Of a DNA stretch of 64,000 nt, positions 49,400-60,349 are shown in pieces; position 1 is the stretch's first letter, and each line of letters starts with the position of its first letter. The stretch comes from Macrostomum lignano. Taxonomy: Eukaryota. Under the pieces are notes generated by a model. The model was not told the origin of the DNA, made no database searches, and was given only the letters and a program-made list of their open reading frames with translations. Position numbers and translations under genes: made by a program. The DNA lies in NCBI GenBank assembly GCA_002269645.1, contig NIVC01003952.1:3907-67906 (forward strand). The letters are read 5' to 3'.

Positions 49400-50960
49400 A
49401 AAGGGGTTTATGAGCCGTCAAATTGGTTTATGGAAGACCAAAAGTGGTTTATGAGCCGCCAAATTGGTTTATGAAAGACCAAAAGTGGTTTATGAGCCGC
49501 CAAATTGGTTTATGAAAGACCAAAAGTGGTTTATGAGCCGCCAAATTGGTTTATGGAAGATCAAAGTGGTTTATGAGCAGCCAAATTGGTTTATGAAAGA
49601 CCAAAAGTGGTTTATGAGCCGTCAAATTGGTTTATGGAAGATCAAAGTGGTTTATGAGCCGCCAAATTGGTTTATGGAAGATCAAAGTGGTTTATGAGCC
49701 GCCAAATTGGTTTATGGAAGATCAAAGTGGTTTTTGAGCCGCCAATTTGGTTTATGGAAGATCAAAGTGGTTTATGAGCCGTCAAATTGGTTTATGGAAG
49801 ATCAAAGTAGTTTATGAGCCGCCAAATTGGTTTATGGAAGATCAAAGTGGTTTATGAGCCGTCAGATTGGTTTATGGAAGATCAAAGTGGTTTATGAGCC
49901 GTCAAATTGGTTTATGGAAGATCAAAGTGGTTTATGAGCCGCCAAATTGGTTTATGGAAAATCAAAGTGGTTTATAAGCCGCCAAATTGGTTTATGGAAA
50001 ATCAAAGTGGTTTATGAGCCGCCAAATTGGTTTATGGAAGATCAAAGTGGTTTATGAGCCGCCAAATTGGTTTATGGAAGATCAAAGTGGTTTATGAGAC
50101 GCTAAATTGGTTTATGGAAGATCAAAGTGGTTTATGAGCCGCCAAATTGGTTTATGGAAGATCAAAGTGGTTTATGAGCCGCCAAATTGGTTTATGGAAG
50201 ATCAAAGTGGTTTTTGAGCCGCCAATTTGGTTTATGGAAGATCAAAGTGGTTTATGAGCCGTCAAATTGGTTTATGGAAGATCAAAGTAGTTTATGAGCC
50301 GCCAAATTGGTTTATGGAAGATCAAAGTGGTTTATGAGCCGTCAAATTGGTTTATGGAAGATCAAAGTGGTTTATGAGCAGCCAAATTGGTTTATGAAAG
50401 ACCAAAAGTGGTTTATGAGCCGTCAAATTGGTTTATGGAAGATCAAAGTGGTTTATGAGCCGCCAAATTGGTTTATGGAAGATCAAAGTGGTTTATGAGC
50501 CGCCAAATTGGTTTATGGAAGATCAAAGTGGTTTTTGAGCCGCCAATTTGGTTTATGGAAGATCAAAGTGGTTTATGAGCCGTCAAATTGGTTTATGGAA
50601 GATCAAAGTGGTTTTTGAGCCGCCAATTTGGTTTATGGAAGATCAAAGTGGTTTATGAGCCGTCAAATTGGTTTATGGAAGATCAAAGTAGTTTATGAGC
50701 CGCCAAATTGGTTTATGGAAGATCAAAGTGGTTTATGAGCCGTCAAATTGGTTTATGGAAGATCAAAGTGGTTTATGAGCCGTCAAATTGGTTTATGGAA
50801 GATCAAAGTGGTTTATGAGCCGTCAAATTGGTTTATGGAAGATCAAAGTAGTTTATGAGCCGCTAAATTGGTTTATGGAAGATCAAAGTGGTTTCTGAGA
50901 CGCTAAATTGGTTTATGAGACGCTAAATTGATTTATGAGATGCAAACTTGGTTTATGGAA
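49400..50960. repeat. 40-bp minisatellite (20+20 dimer) TTTATGAGCCGCCAAATTGG-TTTATGGAAGATCAAAGTGG (~39 copies)
   Basis: Period 40; variant units recur at 480 bp. Confidence 0.97.
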
Positions 50961-51412
50961 GAGTAGGAAGACCAAAAAACTTTTAGAGGGTTGGATTCGC
51001 TTCTAAGAAATTATTCCTGATTCTAGGGTTTATTATGTACTGGGCAAGCGAAGCGATTGTGCCTTAGTAGACGAAATACAGGTTTAATTACAGGTGAAAT
51101 CTATTAGAGAACCTTCAAGACTTAACTAATTATTCAATTTTGGGGGTTGCGATTTTATATTTTATTTAAAAGCTTTCCTATATAGATTGTGGCAGCCCCT
51201 TACCCAGCTGGTATAGACACCTGATCAATGTGCAGTCAAGGATTTCAGATGCGATTCTATAATTGCCTGCATACATATATACCGAATTGCAAATGCAGCT
51301 AAATGTATGGCTAATATAAATCTAAGATGTTAAAACAAACCCATGCAGTTTTAAATCACAATTAAGATCTGTCATTCAAAAGTCACACACTTTACTAGAC
51401 TTTAAATCTATA

Positions 51413-52966
51413 GAGTCAGATCCCGACTCTATATTGTGTCAGATCCCGACTCTATATTGTGTCAGATCCCGACTCTATATTGTGTCAGATCCCGACTCTA
51501 TATTGTGTCAGATCCCGACTCTATATTGTGTCAGATCCCGACTCTATATTGTGTCAGATCCCGACTCTATATTGTGTCAGATCCCGACTCTATATTGTGT
51601 CAGATCCCGACTCTATATTGTGTCAGATCCCGACTCTATATTGTGTCAGATCCCGACTCTATATTGTGTCAGATCCCGAATCTATACTATGTCAGATCCC
51701 GACTCTATATTGTGTCAGATCCCGATTCTATATTGTGTCAGATCCCGACTCTATATTGTGTCAGATCCCGAATCTATACTATGTCAGATCCCGACTCTAT
51801 ACTATGTCAGATCCCGACTCTATAATGTGTCAGACTCCGACTCTATACTGTCAGACCCCGACTCTATATTATGTCAGATCCCGACTCTATACTATGTCAG
51901 ATCCCCCACTCTATATTGTGTCAGATCCCGACTCTAAATTGTGTCAGATCCTGACTCTATATATTATGTCAGATCCCGACTCTATATTATGTCAGATCCC
52001 GACTCTATATTGTGTCAGATCCTGACTCTATATATTATGTCAGACCCCGACTCTATATTATGTCAGATCCCGACTCTATACTGTGTCAGATCCCGACTCT
52101 ATATTGTGTCAGATCCCGACTCTATATTCTGTCAGATCCCGACTCTAAATTGTGTCAGATCCCGACTCTAAATTGTGTCAGATCCCGACTCTATATTGTG
52201 TCAGATCCTGACTCTATATTGTGTCAGATCCCGACTCTATACTGTGTCAGATCCCGACTCTATATTGTGTCAGATCCCGACTCTATATTGTGTCAGATCC
52301 CGACTCTATATTGTGTCAGATCCCGACTCTATATTGTGTCAGATCCCGACTCTATATTGTGTCAGATCCCGATTCTATATTGTGTCAGATCCCGACTCTA
52401 TATTGTGTCAGATCCCGACTCTATATTGTGTCAGATCCCGAATCTATACTATGTCAGATCCCGACTCTATATTGTGTCAGATCCCGACTCTATATTGTGT
52501 CAGATCCCGACTCTATATTGTGTCAGATCCCGAATCTATACTATGTCAGACCCCGACTCTATATTGTGTCAGATCCCGATTCTATATTGTGTCAGATCCC
52601 GACTCTATATTGTGTCAGATCCCGAATCTATACTATGTCAGATCCCGACTCTATACTATGTCAGATCCCGACTCTATAATGTGTCAGACTCCGACTCTAT
52701 ACTGTCAGACCCCGACTCTATATTATGTCAGATCCCGACTCTATACTATGTCAGATCCCCCACTCTATATTGTGTCAGATCCCGACTCTAAATTGTGTCA
52801 GATCCTGACTCTATATATTATGTCAGATCCCGACTCTATATTATGTCAGATCCCGACTCTATATTGTGTCAGATCCTGACTCTATATATTATGTCAGACC
52901 CCGACTCTATATTATGTCAGATCCCGACTCTATATTATGTCAGATCCCGACTCTATACTATGTCAG
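51413..52966. repeat. 23-bp minisatellite GTCAGATCCCGACTCTATATTGT (~67 copies)
   Basis: Direct reading; 854-bp higher-order duplication. Confidence 0.97.
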
Positions 52967-53130
52967 AGGCTGCATACTGTGGCTCTATGCTCAATACTAT
53001 TGTAGATGTGTAAGTCTATGAGTCTATCCGTGTCAAAAGTAGAAACAATACAGTGTAGCGATCAAATACTATTATTATATATTTTCTGCGCGTCCCCCCA
53101 GTTCATAAGGTCAGAAAGAGTTAGGGCTAA

Positions 53131-53260
53131 AGGCTCATTCACAATGCCATCAAACGAGCCACCAAATCACACGACCAATTTACAAAGGAATCAAATTTGA
53201 TGTACAAATTGTGTGATCAAACCTAATTTGGTATTATTTGATGGCAGTGTGAACGAGCCT
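53131..53260. mobile_element. PIF/Harbinger (Tourist-like) MITE, 130 bp
   Basis: 24-bp TIR AGGCTC(A/G)TTCACA(A/C)TGCCATCAAA; TAA on both sides (53128-30, 53261-63). Confidence 0.8.
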
Positions 53261-53424
53261 TAAATTAGTGGAACCCTTCGCAATGTCGGTCCGAGTGACT
53301 GAGACCAGTAGGCCAGTGAGTTAACGCCAACGCCAATTCTGAATGACCAAGTTCAAGTTCAGAGTGCAGAAAGTCCGAGGAGAAGGGGAGGGTGATGGGC
53401 GGCCGCCAGCCAGGTCGCGCGCCC

Positions 53425-53529
53425 ATTGGCTGGGCGGATCCATGGGGTGGGGGTTGGAGGGCAGGCAGGCGCGCTGTTCCAAAATCGCTCTCTCTCCCTC
53501 AGGCAGAGGGCGCGGGCAGGGCTATTAAA
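53425..53529 (+). promoter_or_regulatory. Putative Pol II promoter of ORF copy B (ATTGG 53425, GGGCGG 53432, TATTAAA 53523)
   Basis: Same motifs as copy A; candidate 61-nt 5'UTR intron 53581..53641 (GTAAGC...GCTAACTTCAG). Confidence 0.45.
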
Positions 53530-53657
53530 GTTGCGATCCGAGCGAAGGCTTCCAAATTACACCAAGGCCAAAGGCTGCCAGTAAGCACAGAGCATCAACG
53601 GTGTTTGACCTGCAGTGACACCAAAGCCCTGCTAACTTCAGCATCTCTGCCTGCACG

Positions 53658-54383
53658 ATGCCAGCCGCAGTGACTCCATTCGAGCAGTTCAGCAAAGCCG
53701 AGTCGCATCTCATCAAGCGGCTTGGCAGACACGCTGACGAGCGAATCTTTGAGCTGAGCACTTGGGAATCAGCTGATCGGGATCTGCTCGGTCTGTTCCC
53801 CGCCATCTCCAGCGCTCTCACTGTGCTCAACGATGACCAAAAACAGAGGCACGAGTCCGCGACCTCACCAGATGATACGCAGCGATCATCGCCCTGCTCC
53901 CTGACTGGATCCTCATCCTCAGACTCCTCCGGTGCCTCATCCTCATCATACGTGTCCGCCTTCTCAGCTTCATCTCGCAGCTCAGCTGGTGGTGCAGCCT
54001 CCCCCAGCGGCCAGAAGCCTGCGGCTGTCAGGTGGTGCCAGCCCGGCTTGAAGGACCTGCAGCTTCTTGCCAGCAAGGAGGACGTGGCCAGCCTCCCCAG
54101 AGCCTCATCAATCGAAGAGGTGCTGGCCCTGCTCAGCAAGGATGACGTCATCGTGGTGCCCTGCGCTCACGGCGGCTACATTCTGTACGCGGTGACCTAC
54201 TTGGACGATCTGGTGGCACAGCAGCCGCCGACTGTGATCCCTCCGAGTCCTGACGACCCGGCAACCAAGCTGAGCCCCGAGGTGTTCAACTTGTTCCTGC
54301 AGAACGAGGAGCTGCTGAGCCGCGGACAGGACGCCTCGCTGCTCGGAGCCCCGCCTGCTCTGCCATGCCTGCAGCATTTCTAG
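53658..54383 (+). CDS. Uncharacterised 241-aa single-coding-exon ORF, copy B
   Basis: 10 substitutions and no indels versus copy A over ~235 codons (hand count); different last ~7-13 codons. Confidence 0.65.
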   Translation: MPAAVTPFEQFSKAESHLIKRLGRHADERIFELSTWESADRDLLGLFPAISSALTVLNDDQKQRHESATSPDDTQRSSPCSLTGSSSSDSSGASSSSYVSAFSASSRSSAGGAASPSGQKPAAVRWCQPGLKDLQLLASKEDVASLPRASSIEEVLALLSKDDVIVVPCAHGGYILYAVTYLDDLVAQQPPTVIPPSPDDPATKLSPEVFNLFLQNEELLSRGQDASLLGAPPALPCLQHF

Positions 54384-55214
54384 AACTGTTACAAAAGTAA
54401 CTTTTTATCTTCACAGGTCCTGGCATTTCTCAGAAAATCAATTTGTTTTAAAAAGTCGCGCATTTTGCACCAGCTATTCATTGTGGAAACTATCCAGTCT
54501 GCTCCATTAACTTTGCATGCTATGGTTTGCTAAAATATTTTAACTGGTTGTATTGACTGTTTTATTTTTTATTTGATATAGTAATGGCAGTCTGTACTGT
54601 ACTATTTAATGTAGTATAGTATCCATGCGGAAATACCCTATTCTTCTTTTGCAATCAGTTTTTTTGAGTCTGTTAATTTGTTGTAAGTTAATTTGTTTAT
54701 TTATTTATTTAGCTATTTGTCTGTATTTATAAGTTTCTATTTTGTTATAGCTAAGTTAGTTGTTTTGATATCTAGCTGGTAGCCAGCTAGCTACTATCGA
54801 ATGCTTATTGAATAACATGCATTGTAGCATTATTATTTATTGTTGTTTATAGTTATAGTGTAGTGTATTGCTGCATTTCCTGTGAGTTTTTATAATAACT
54901 GCTATTTGTCGCTAGCCCCACTTCTATTGTATAGAATTTGTAAACATTTTCTTTTATTTTTTGCTATCAAAAAAACCTTCGACCAGCAATGCTGTAACCA
55001 ACAGTTTCGATCGGGTGCAGAGCCTGCTGACTCGACAATGATTCGATGTTTATTAAAATAAAAACATTGTTGCTATAATGCCATAATACATGCTCTGTAG
55101 GTGTTATTATTACTGTTTAAGTTAGTAACGTTTCTTATCTACTAATATATATGGTACATTTGAGTATGTTGTTTGAATAATACAGATCTACAGACGTAAA
55201 GTTCTGCATAGGGA

Positions 55215-55430
55215 GGTCAGATAGGAGAGGTGAATAGGGAAAGAAGAGAGAAAAGAGATTAAGGGTTGAGAAAGAAAAGAAAGAGAAGAGGAGAGATAGA
55301 GAAGAGAGAATAGAGAGAGAGAATCAGAGGAAGAGAAGAGAGAAGGGAAGAGAGAAGGGGAAGGAGAGGAGAATAAGGAGTTAGAGTACATCGAGGGGAG
55401 AGAAGAGGAAAATGGGGTAAGAAGAGAGAA
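55215..55430. repeat. GA-rich low-complexity tract
   Basis: Direct reading. Confidence 0.85.
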
Positions 55431-56039
55431 TATGGTACAAGGCAGAGAGATGTGGGTAGAGACTTGATTAGGTTTGGCGGAAAGAACTCATCTATGTCAT
55501 GCGAGAAGTGCAAAACTTCAAAGTTGAAAACCCAGCATTTGAATGAAGACTTATTTTGTAGCCAGCCCTGAAGTACGCAACGGTTCCAACTTTCAATCCA
55601 ATGTTATGGCTACCCTAGCAACTGGCTAGAAACAGAGACTACACGTATTAAACTTTGATTATCCGTTATCTTAATAACCCATCAGGCCCACACACGCATG
55701 TAAATTGCAGTTCCGAAGACCTTTCTTGCGGTTTGTTTGGCAACCAATCCCGCTTAAACCGGGCGAGTTCGAAGAATCTCTATCGAATATTATATTTATC
55801 TATGCGGCATGTTTTTCTCTCCACGGGTATTTGAACGAGACTTGACAACAAGATGACAACGGTTTTATCGGCTTGTCAAGCGACATTTTTATAAAGCTGG
55901 CTTTGCTATGCGTACCAATTAGCCATCGTATTGCCCTGAAGCTTAATTAAGGAGAGAATTGAAGTGTGAAAGGCGACGCAATATGTAATTTTATACTAGC
56001 ATACCTATGGAAGAGTGCTCAGACCAAAACAGAAAGGAC

Positions 56040-56630
56040 GGCACCAAAATGAAAATCGTAGCGCCAGAAAAAAATCGACGGCGCCAATAAAGAATTGACG
56101 GCGCCAGAAAAGAATCAGTGGCGCCAAAATGGAATCGACGGTGCCAAATGGAATCGATGGCGCAAAATTGAATCAGTGGCGCTAAAACGGAATCGACGGC
56201 GCCAAAATGGAAACGACGGCGCCAAAATTGAATCAGTGGCGCTAAAATGAAATCGACGGCGCCAAAATTGAATCAGTGGCGCCAAAATGGAATCGACGGT
56301 GCCAAATGGAATCGATGGCGCCAAAATTGAATCAGTGGCGCTAAAACGGAATCGACGGCGCCAAAATGGAAACGACGGCGCCAAAATTGAATCAGTGGCG
56401 CTAAAATGAAATCGACGGCGCCAAAATTGAATCAGTGGCGCTAAAATGAAATCAATGGCGCCAAAATGGAATCGACGGCGCAAAAATGAAATCGGTGGCG
56501 CCAAAATGGAATCGACGGCACCAATGTTGAATCGGTGGCGCCAAAATGAAATCGACGGCGCCAAAATAAAATCGGTGGCGCCAAAATAGAATCAACGGCA
56601 CCAATGTAGAATCGGTGGTGCCAAAATGGA
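56040..56630. repeat. ~20-bp repeat GGCGCCAAAATGGAATCGAC with a 158-bp higher-order unit
   Basis: Direct reading (56121/56279). Confidence 0.92.
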
Positions 56631-57988
56631 ATTTACGCCGACAAAAAGAAACGATGAAGAATCGAGAAGGCCAGCATTCCTCTAAATCAGAGCAGGAAAA
56701 CCTCATTAAAATGATTGCAAACCGATGCTAAAGACAGTCCTACACACGTATTCATTAAAACAGTGGAAATTCAGTGCAGACCCTCAGACTAATTAGTGTC
56801 ACTGTATACTTGAAAACTGCTGGCGGTCCTCAAGACTTACAAATTGGCGGACACACAAAACAGCTCACTTGAAGGCCACACAACCGTGAACGCTGGACGT
56901 TTCTACATAATACACCCGAAAACAAATACTACAATTCCTAGTTGTTAGGTGAGCAAAGGCTGGAGTACGTGACACTTGATAAGTATGTGATTGATTGGCA
57001 GTGTCACTGACCGTATCCTGGTGGGGTTGAATAAGCGCCCAAAGTTACATGTACGAGAGCTAGATGGATATAAATTAGTGTAGAGAGCGTCCTTCGGCGA
57101 CAGGGTCCCACAGCCAGCGCTGATTGCGCCCATTTCGCTGACTCCAGAGCACAGGAGCACATTCATGTAAAAGCGCGCCACGTGCGTCTTGAGCTTCTAT
57201 GCCCCAAATTACTGTGGCTAATCTACAGATGTTGATTGACTAATCACTAGAAAAATCTCCAGCCAGAAATATACCGGATTTAAAAACACCCTGTTGAGTT
57301 TTGACACTACTGTCAGTCTGCTACTAAGTAGGCCAGTAAGTTTCAGTTGGTTCAAAATCAAACAAATTAAATAAAATCAACACAGAATTTAAATGATAAG
57401 TACTCGCTGATTATATTCCAGTGCCAATTGCAAATTTCAATAGGCATACAGTTAAACAAATCATGTAAGATTTTTTGGGGTTTATATTTTTATATGCAAG
57501 GACAAATTGTGACAAACAGTCATTGAAGAGTGCCTGTATATATTGGCATACTTACTTAATTTTGCACGCATATTTTACTTACCATGTTAGCCTTGTACTA
57601 CTAAACTGGTTTATTTATTGAATAGATTTGCATTTTAATATAACCGCGCCTACTAGCTACTGTAAGTAGCTGCTACGCTAAATAAACAAAATTCAGAGAC
57701 GCACAAAGTTAATCAATCGCAAAGAAAGGCTCAGAGAGAAGCAGTTAAAAACACAGTAGAAGAGGAGCGCAAATTCTCAGGGACAACTAATTAATACTCG
57801 GCCAGACAGGCGGAATTACAATATATTGTAACACACTGAGAGGCATTCGGAGGTGCAGATGGAGATGGAGAGTGATACAGACACACAGCAGCAGTGTAAA
57901 GTCACTACCGACACTAGCAACTACAGCTATACTAGTAATAATAGTAATAATAATAATAATAATAATCTGATTTGCAACCATCCAACCA

Positions 57989-58353
57989 TCACATCTGGTG
58001 CCGGAATCTGCAGTCGGTTCGTCGGCACTCGCCGGTGGAAAACCAGGCTCGACAGACGCCTCGCGGAGCCTGCTGCTGCTGGCCGGGTGGCCCTGGAGGC
58101 CGGTGATGCCGCTGCCTGGGCGACCCGTTGGCGGCGGCCTGTGCAGCACTGGAGGCGGATGCGGATACCGTTGATGTTGCTGCGGAGGCTGCTGAGGCGG
58201 CGGCCGGTAGGACGGATAGGAGGCTACGCCGGGCGGCGGATGGCTGAACGCGGAGGCCGGCGGTAGCGATGAGGACTGCGGCAGCATCTGCGGATGAGGC
58301 AGATTCTGCTGCTGCTGCTGCTGCTGCTGACAGGCGGGCAGGCTGGCCAGGAC
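57989..58353 (-). CDS. PPP1R10: PNUTS last exon: Pro/Gln-rich region and CCCH zinc finger VCRAWFSTGECRRTDCRFRHQM* (one frameshift)
   Basis: tcgcag| acceptor; C-x8-C-x4-C-x3-H just before the stop, as expected at the PNUTS C-terminus; 365 nt, one base short of a multiple of 3. Confidence 0.8.
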
Positions 58354-58394
58354 CTGCGAAATAGAAGGGGGAATAGTTCTATAATAATTGATTC

Positions 58395-59162
58395 AAATTG
58401 ATGGGCGATTCTTGATGAATTTGATGGGCGATTCTTAGAGAATTTGATGGGCGATTCTTGATGAATTTGATGGGCGATTCTTGATGAATTTGATGGGCGA
58501 TTCTTGATGAATTTGAGGGGCGATTCTTGATGAATTTGATGGGCGATTCTTGATGAATTTGATGGGCGATTCTTGATGAATTTGATGGGCGATTCTTGAT
58601 GAATTTGATGGGCGATTCTTAGAGAATTTGATGGGCGATTCTTGATGAATTTGATGGGCGATTCTTGATGAATTTGATGGGGATTCTTGATGAATTTGAT
58701 GGGCGATTCTTGATGAATTTGATGGGCGATTCTTGATGAATTTGATGGGCGATTCTTGGGGAATTCGATGGGCGATTCTTGGGAATTTAAACAGGCGATT
58801 CTTGATGAATTTGATGGGCGATTCTTGATGAATTTGATGGGCGATTCTTGATGAATTTGATGGGCGATTCTTAGAGAATTTGATGGGCGATTCTTGGGGA
58901 ATTTGATGGGCGATTCTTGATGAATTTGATGGGTGATTCTTGGGGAATTTGATGGGCGATTCTTGGGGAATTTAACAGGCGATACTTGATGAATTTGATG
59001 GGCGATTCTTGATGAATTTGATGGGCGATTCTTGATGAATTTGATGGGCGATTCTTGATGAATTTGATGGGCGATTCTTGATGAATTTGATGGGCGATTC
59101 TTGGGGAATTTGATGGGCGATTCTTGATGAATTTGATGGGCGATTCTTGGGGAATTTGATGG
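58395..59162. repeat. 23-bp minisatellite GATGAATTTGATGGGCGATTCTT in the last PNUTS intron
   Basis: Direct reading. Confidence 0.96.
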
Positions 59163-59302
59163 GGTTTGTAGAGCGCAGGAAAAAAGCAGCAAAATTTGGT
59201 GCACAGCAATTCTTTATGAGATGTGACAAAGGCAAATTTCGCTTCAAAAAGTTGGCATAGCGGTCACTGAATCGGCCGAGTTAAAATTAAGCATCCAATT
59301 AC

Positions 59303-59583
59303 CTGCGGGAACATGCCGCTGGCGGCCAATTCCTCTTTCAACGGTTCAAGCAGGCTTCGAATTCTATCCACAGTAAGATCCTCGGTTCTCTGCAGGTGCA
59401 AATCTGGATACCTCGAACGCAGCAGTCGCCAAAGAGCCTCTTTGGGCGTCTGGTTGGCGGCAGCGGTGGCAGAGGTGGAGCGGCGGCGGAGGCGGCGGTG
59501 TCAACTGCGGGCGACGGCTGGTTCGGGACACCGGCGGACGCCGTGGTGAGGTTGCGGGTGACCTGTTTGAGAATGTCGGCCAC
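59303..59583 (-). CDS. PPP1R10: PNUTS middle exon (one frameshift)
   Basis: tcgcag|GTG GCC GAC...TTC CCG CAG|GTAATT; 281 nt, one base short of a phase 0-0 exon. Confidence 0.7.
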
Positions 59584-59644
59584 CTGCGAGGTGGGGGGAT
59601 GGAGTTTCAGTTTTCCGGTTGGTTATGAAATTACTACTAACGCT

Positions 59645-60282
59645 CGCTTCCGCTTCCAGCTTCCGCTTCCAGCTTCCGCTTCCAGCTTCCGCTTCCAGCT
59701 TCCGCTTCCAGCTTCCGCTTCCAGCTTCCGCTTCCAGCTTCCGCTTCCAGCTTCCGCTTCCAGCTTCCGCTTCCAGCTTCCGCTTCCAGCTTCCGCTTCC
59801 AGCTTCCGCTTCCAGCTTCCGCTTCCAGCTTCCGCTTCCAGCTTCCGCTTCCAGCTTCCGCTTCCAGCTTCCGCTTCCAGCTTCCGCTTCCAGCTTCCGC
59901 TTCCAGCTTCCGCTTCCAGCTTCCGCTTCCAGCTTCCGCTTCAGCTTCCGCTTCCAGCTTCCGCTTCCAGCTTCCGCTTCCAGCTTCCGCTTCCAGCTTC
60001 CGCTTCCAGCTTCCGCTTCCAGCTTCCGCTTCCAGCTTCCGCTTCCAGCTTCCGCTTCCAGCTTCCGCTTCCAGCTTCCGCTTCCAGCTTCCGCTTCCAG
60101 CTTCCGCTTCCAGCTTCCGCTTCCAGTTTCCGCTTCCAGCTTCCGCTTCCAGCTTCCGCTTCCAGCTTCCGCTTCCAGCTTCCGCTTCCAGCTTCCGCTT
60201 CCAGCTTCCGCTTCCAGCTTCCGCTTCCAGCTTCCGCTTCCAGCTTCCGCTTCCAGCTTCCGCTTCCAGCTTCCGCTTCCAG
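59645..60282. repeat. 13-bp minisatellite CGCTTCCAGCTTC in a PNUTS intron (~49 copies)
   Basis: Direct reading; source of the FRFQLPLPASASS and WKRKLEAEAGSGS ORFs. Confidence 0.97.
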
Positions 60283-60349
60283 CTACTATTAGTTCCCTTC
60301 CTAGCCTGACAATATAGACCTCGCTAATTCGGCTCTCGCAATGACTCAC

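Noticed and set aside
56945-57181. 78-aa minus-strand ORF downstream of PNUTS
   Set aside because: No motif, no supporting splice sites and no second exon found.
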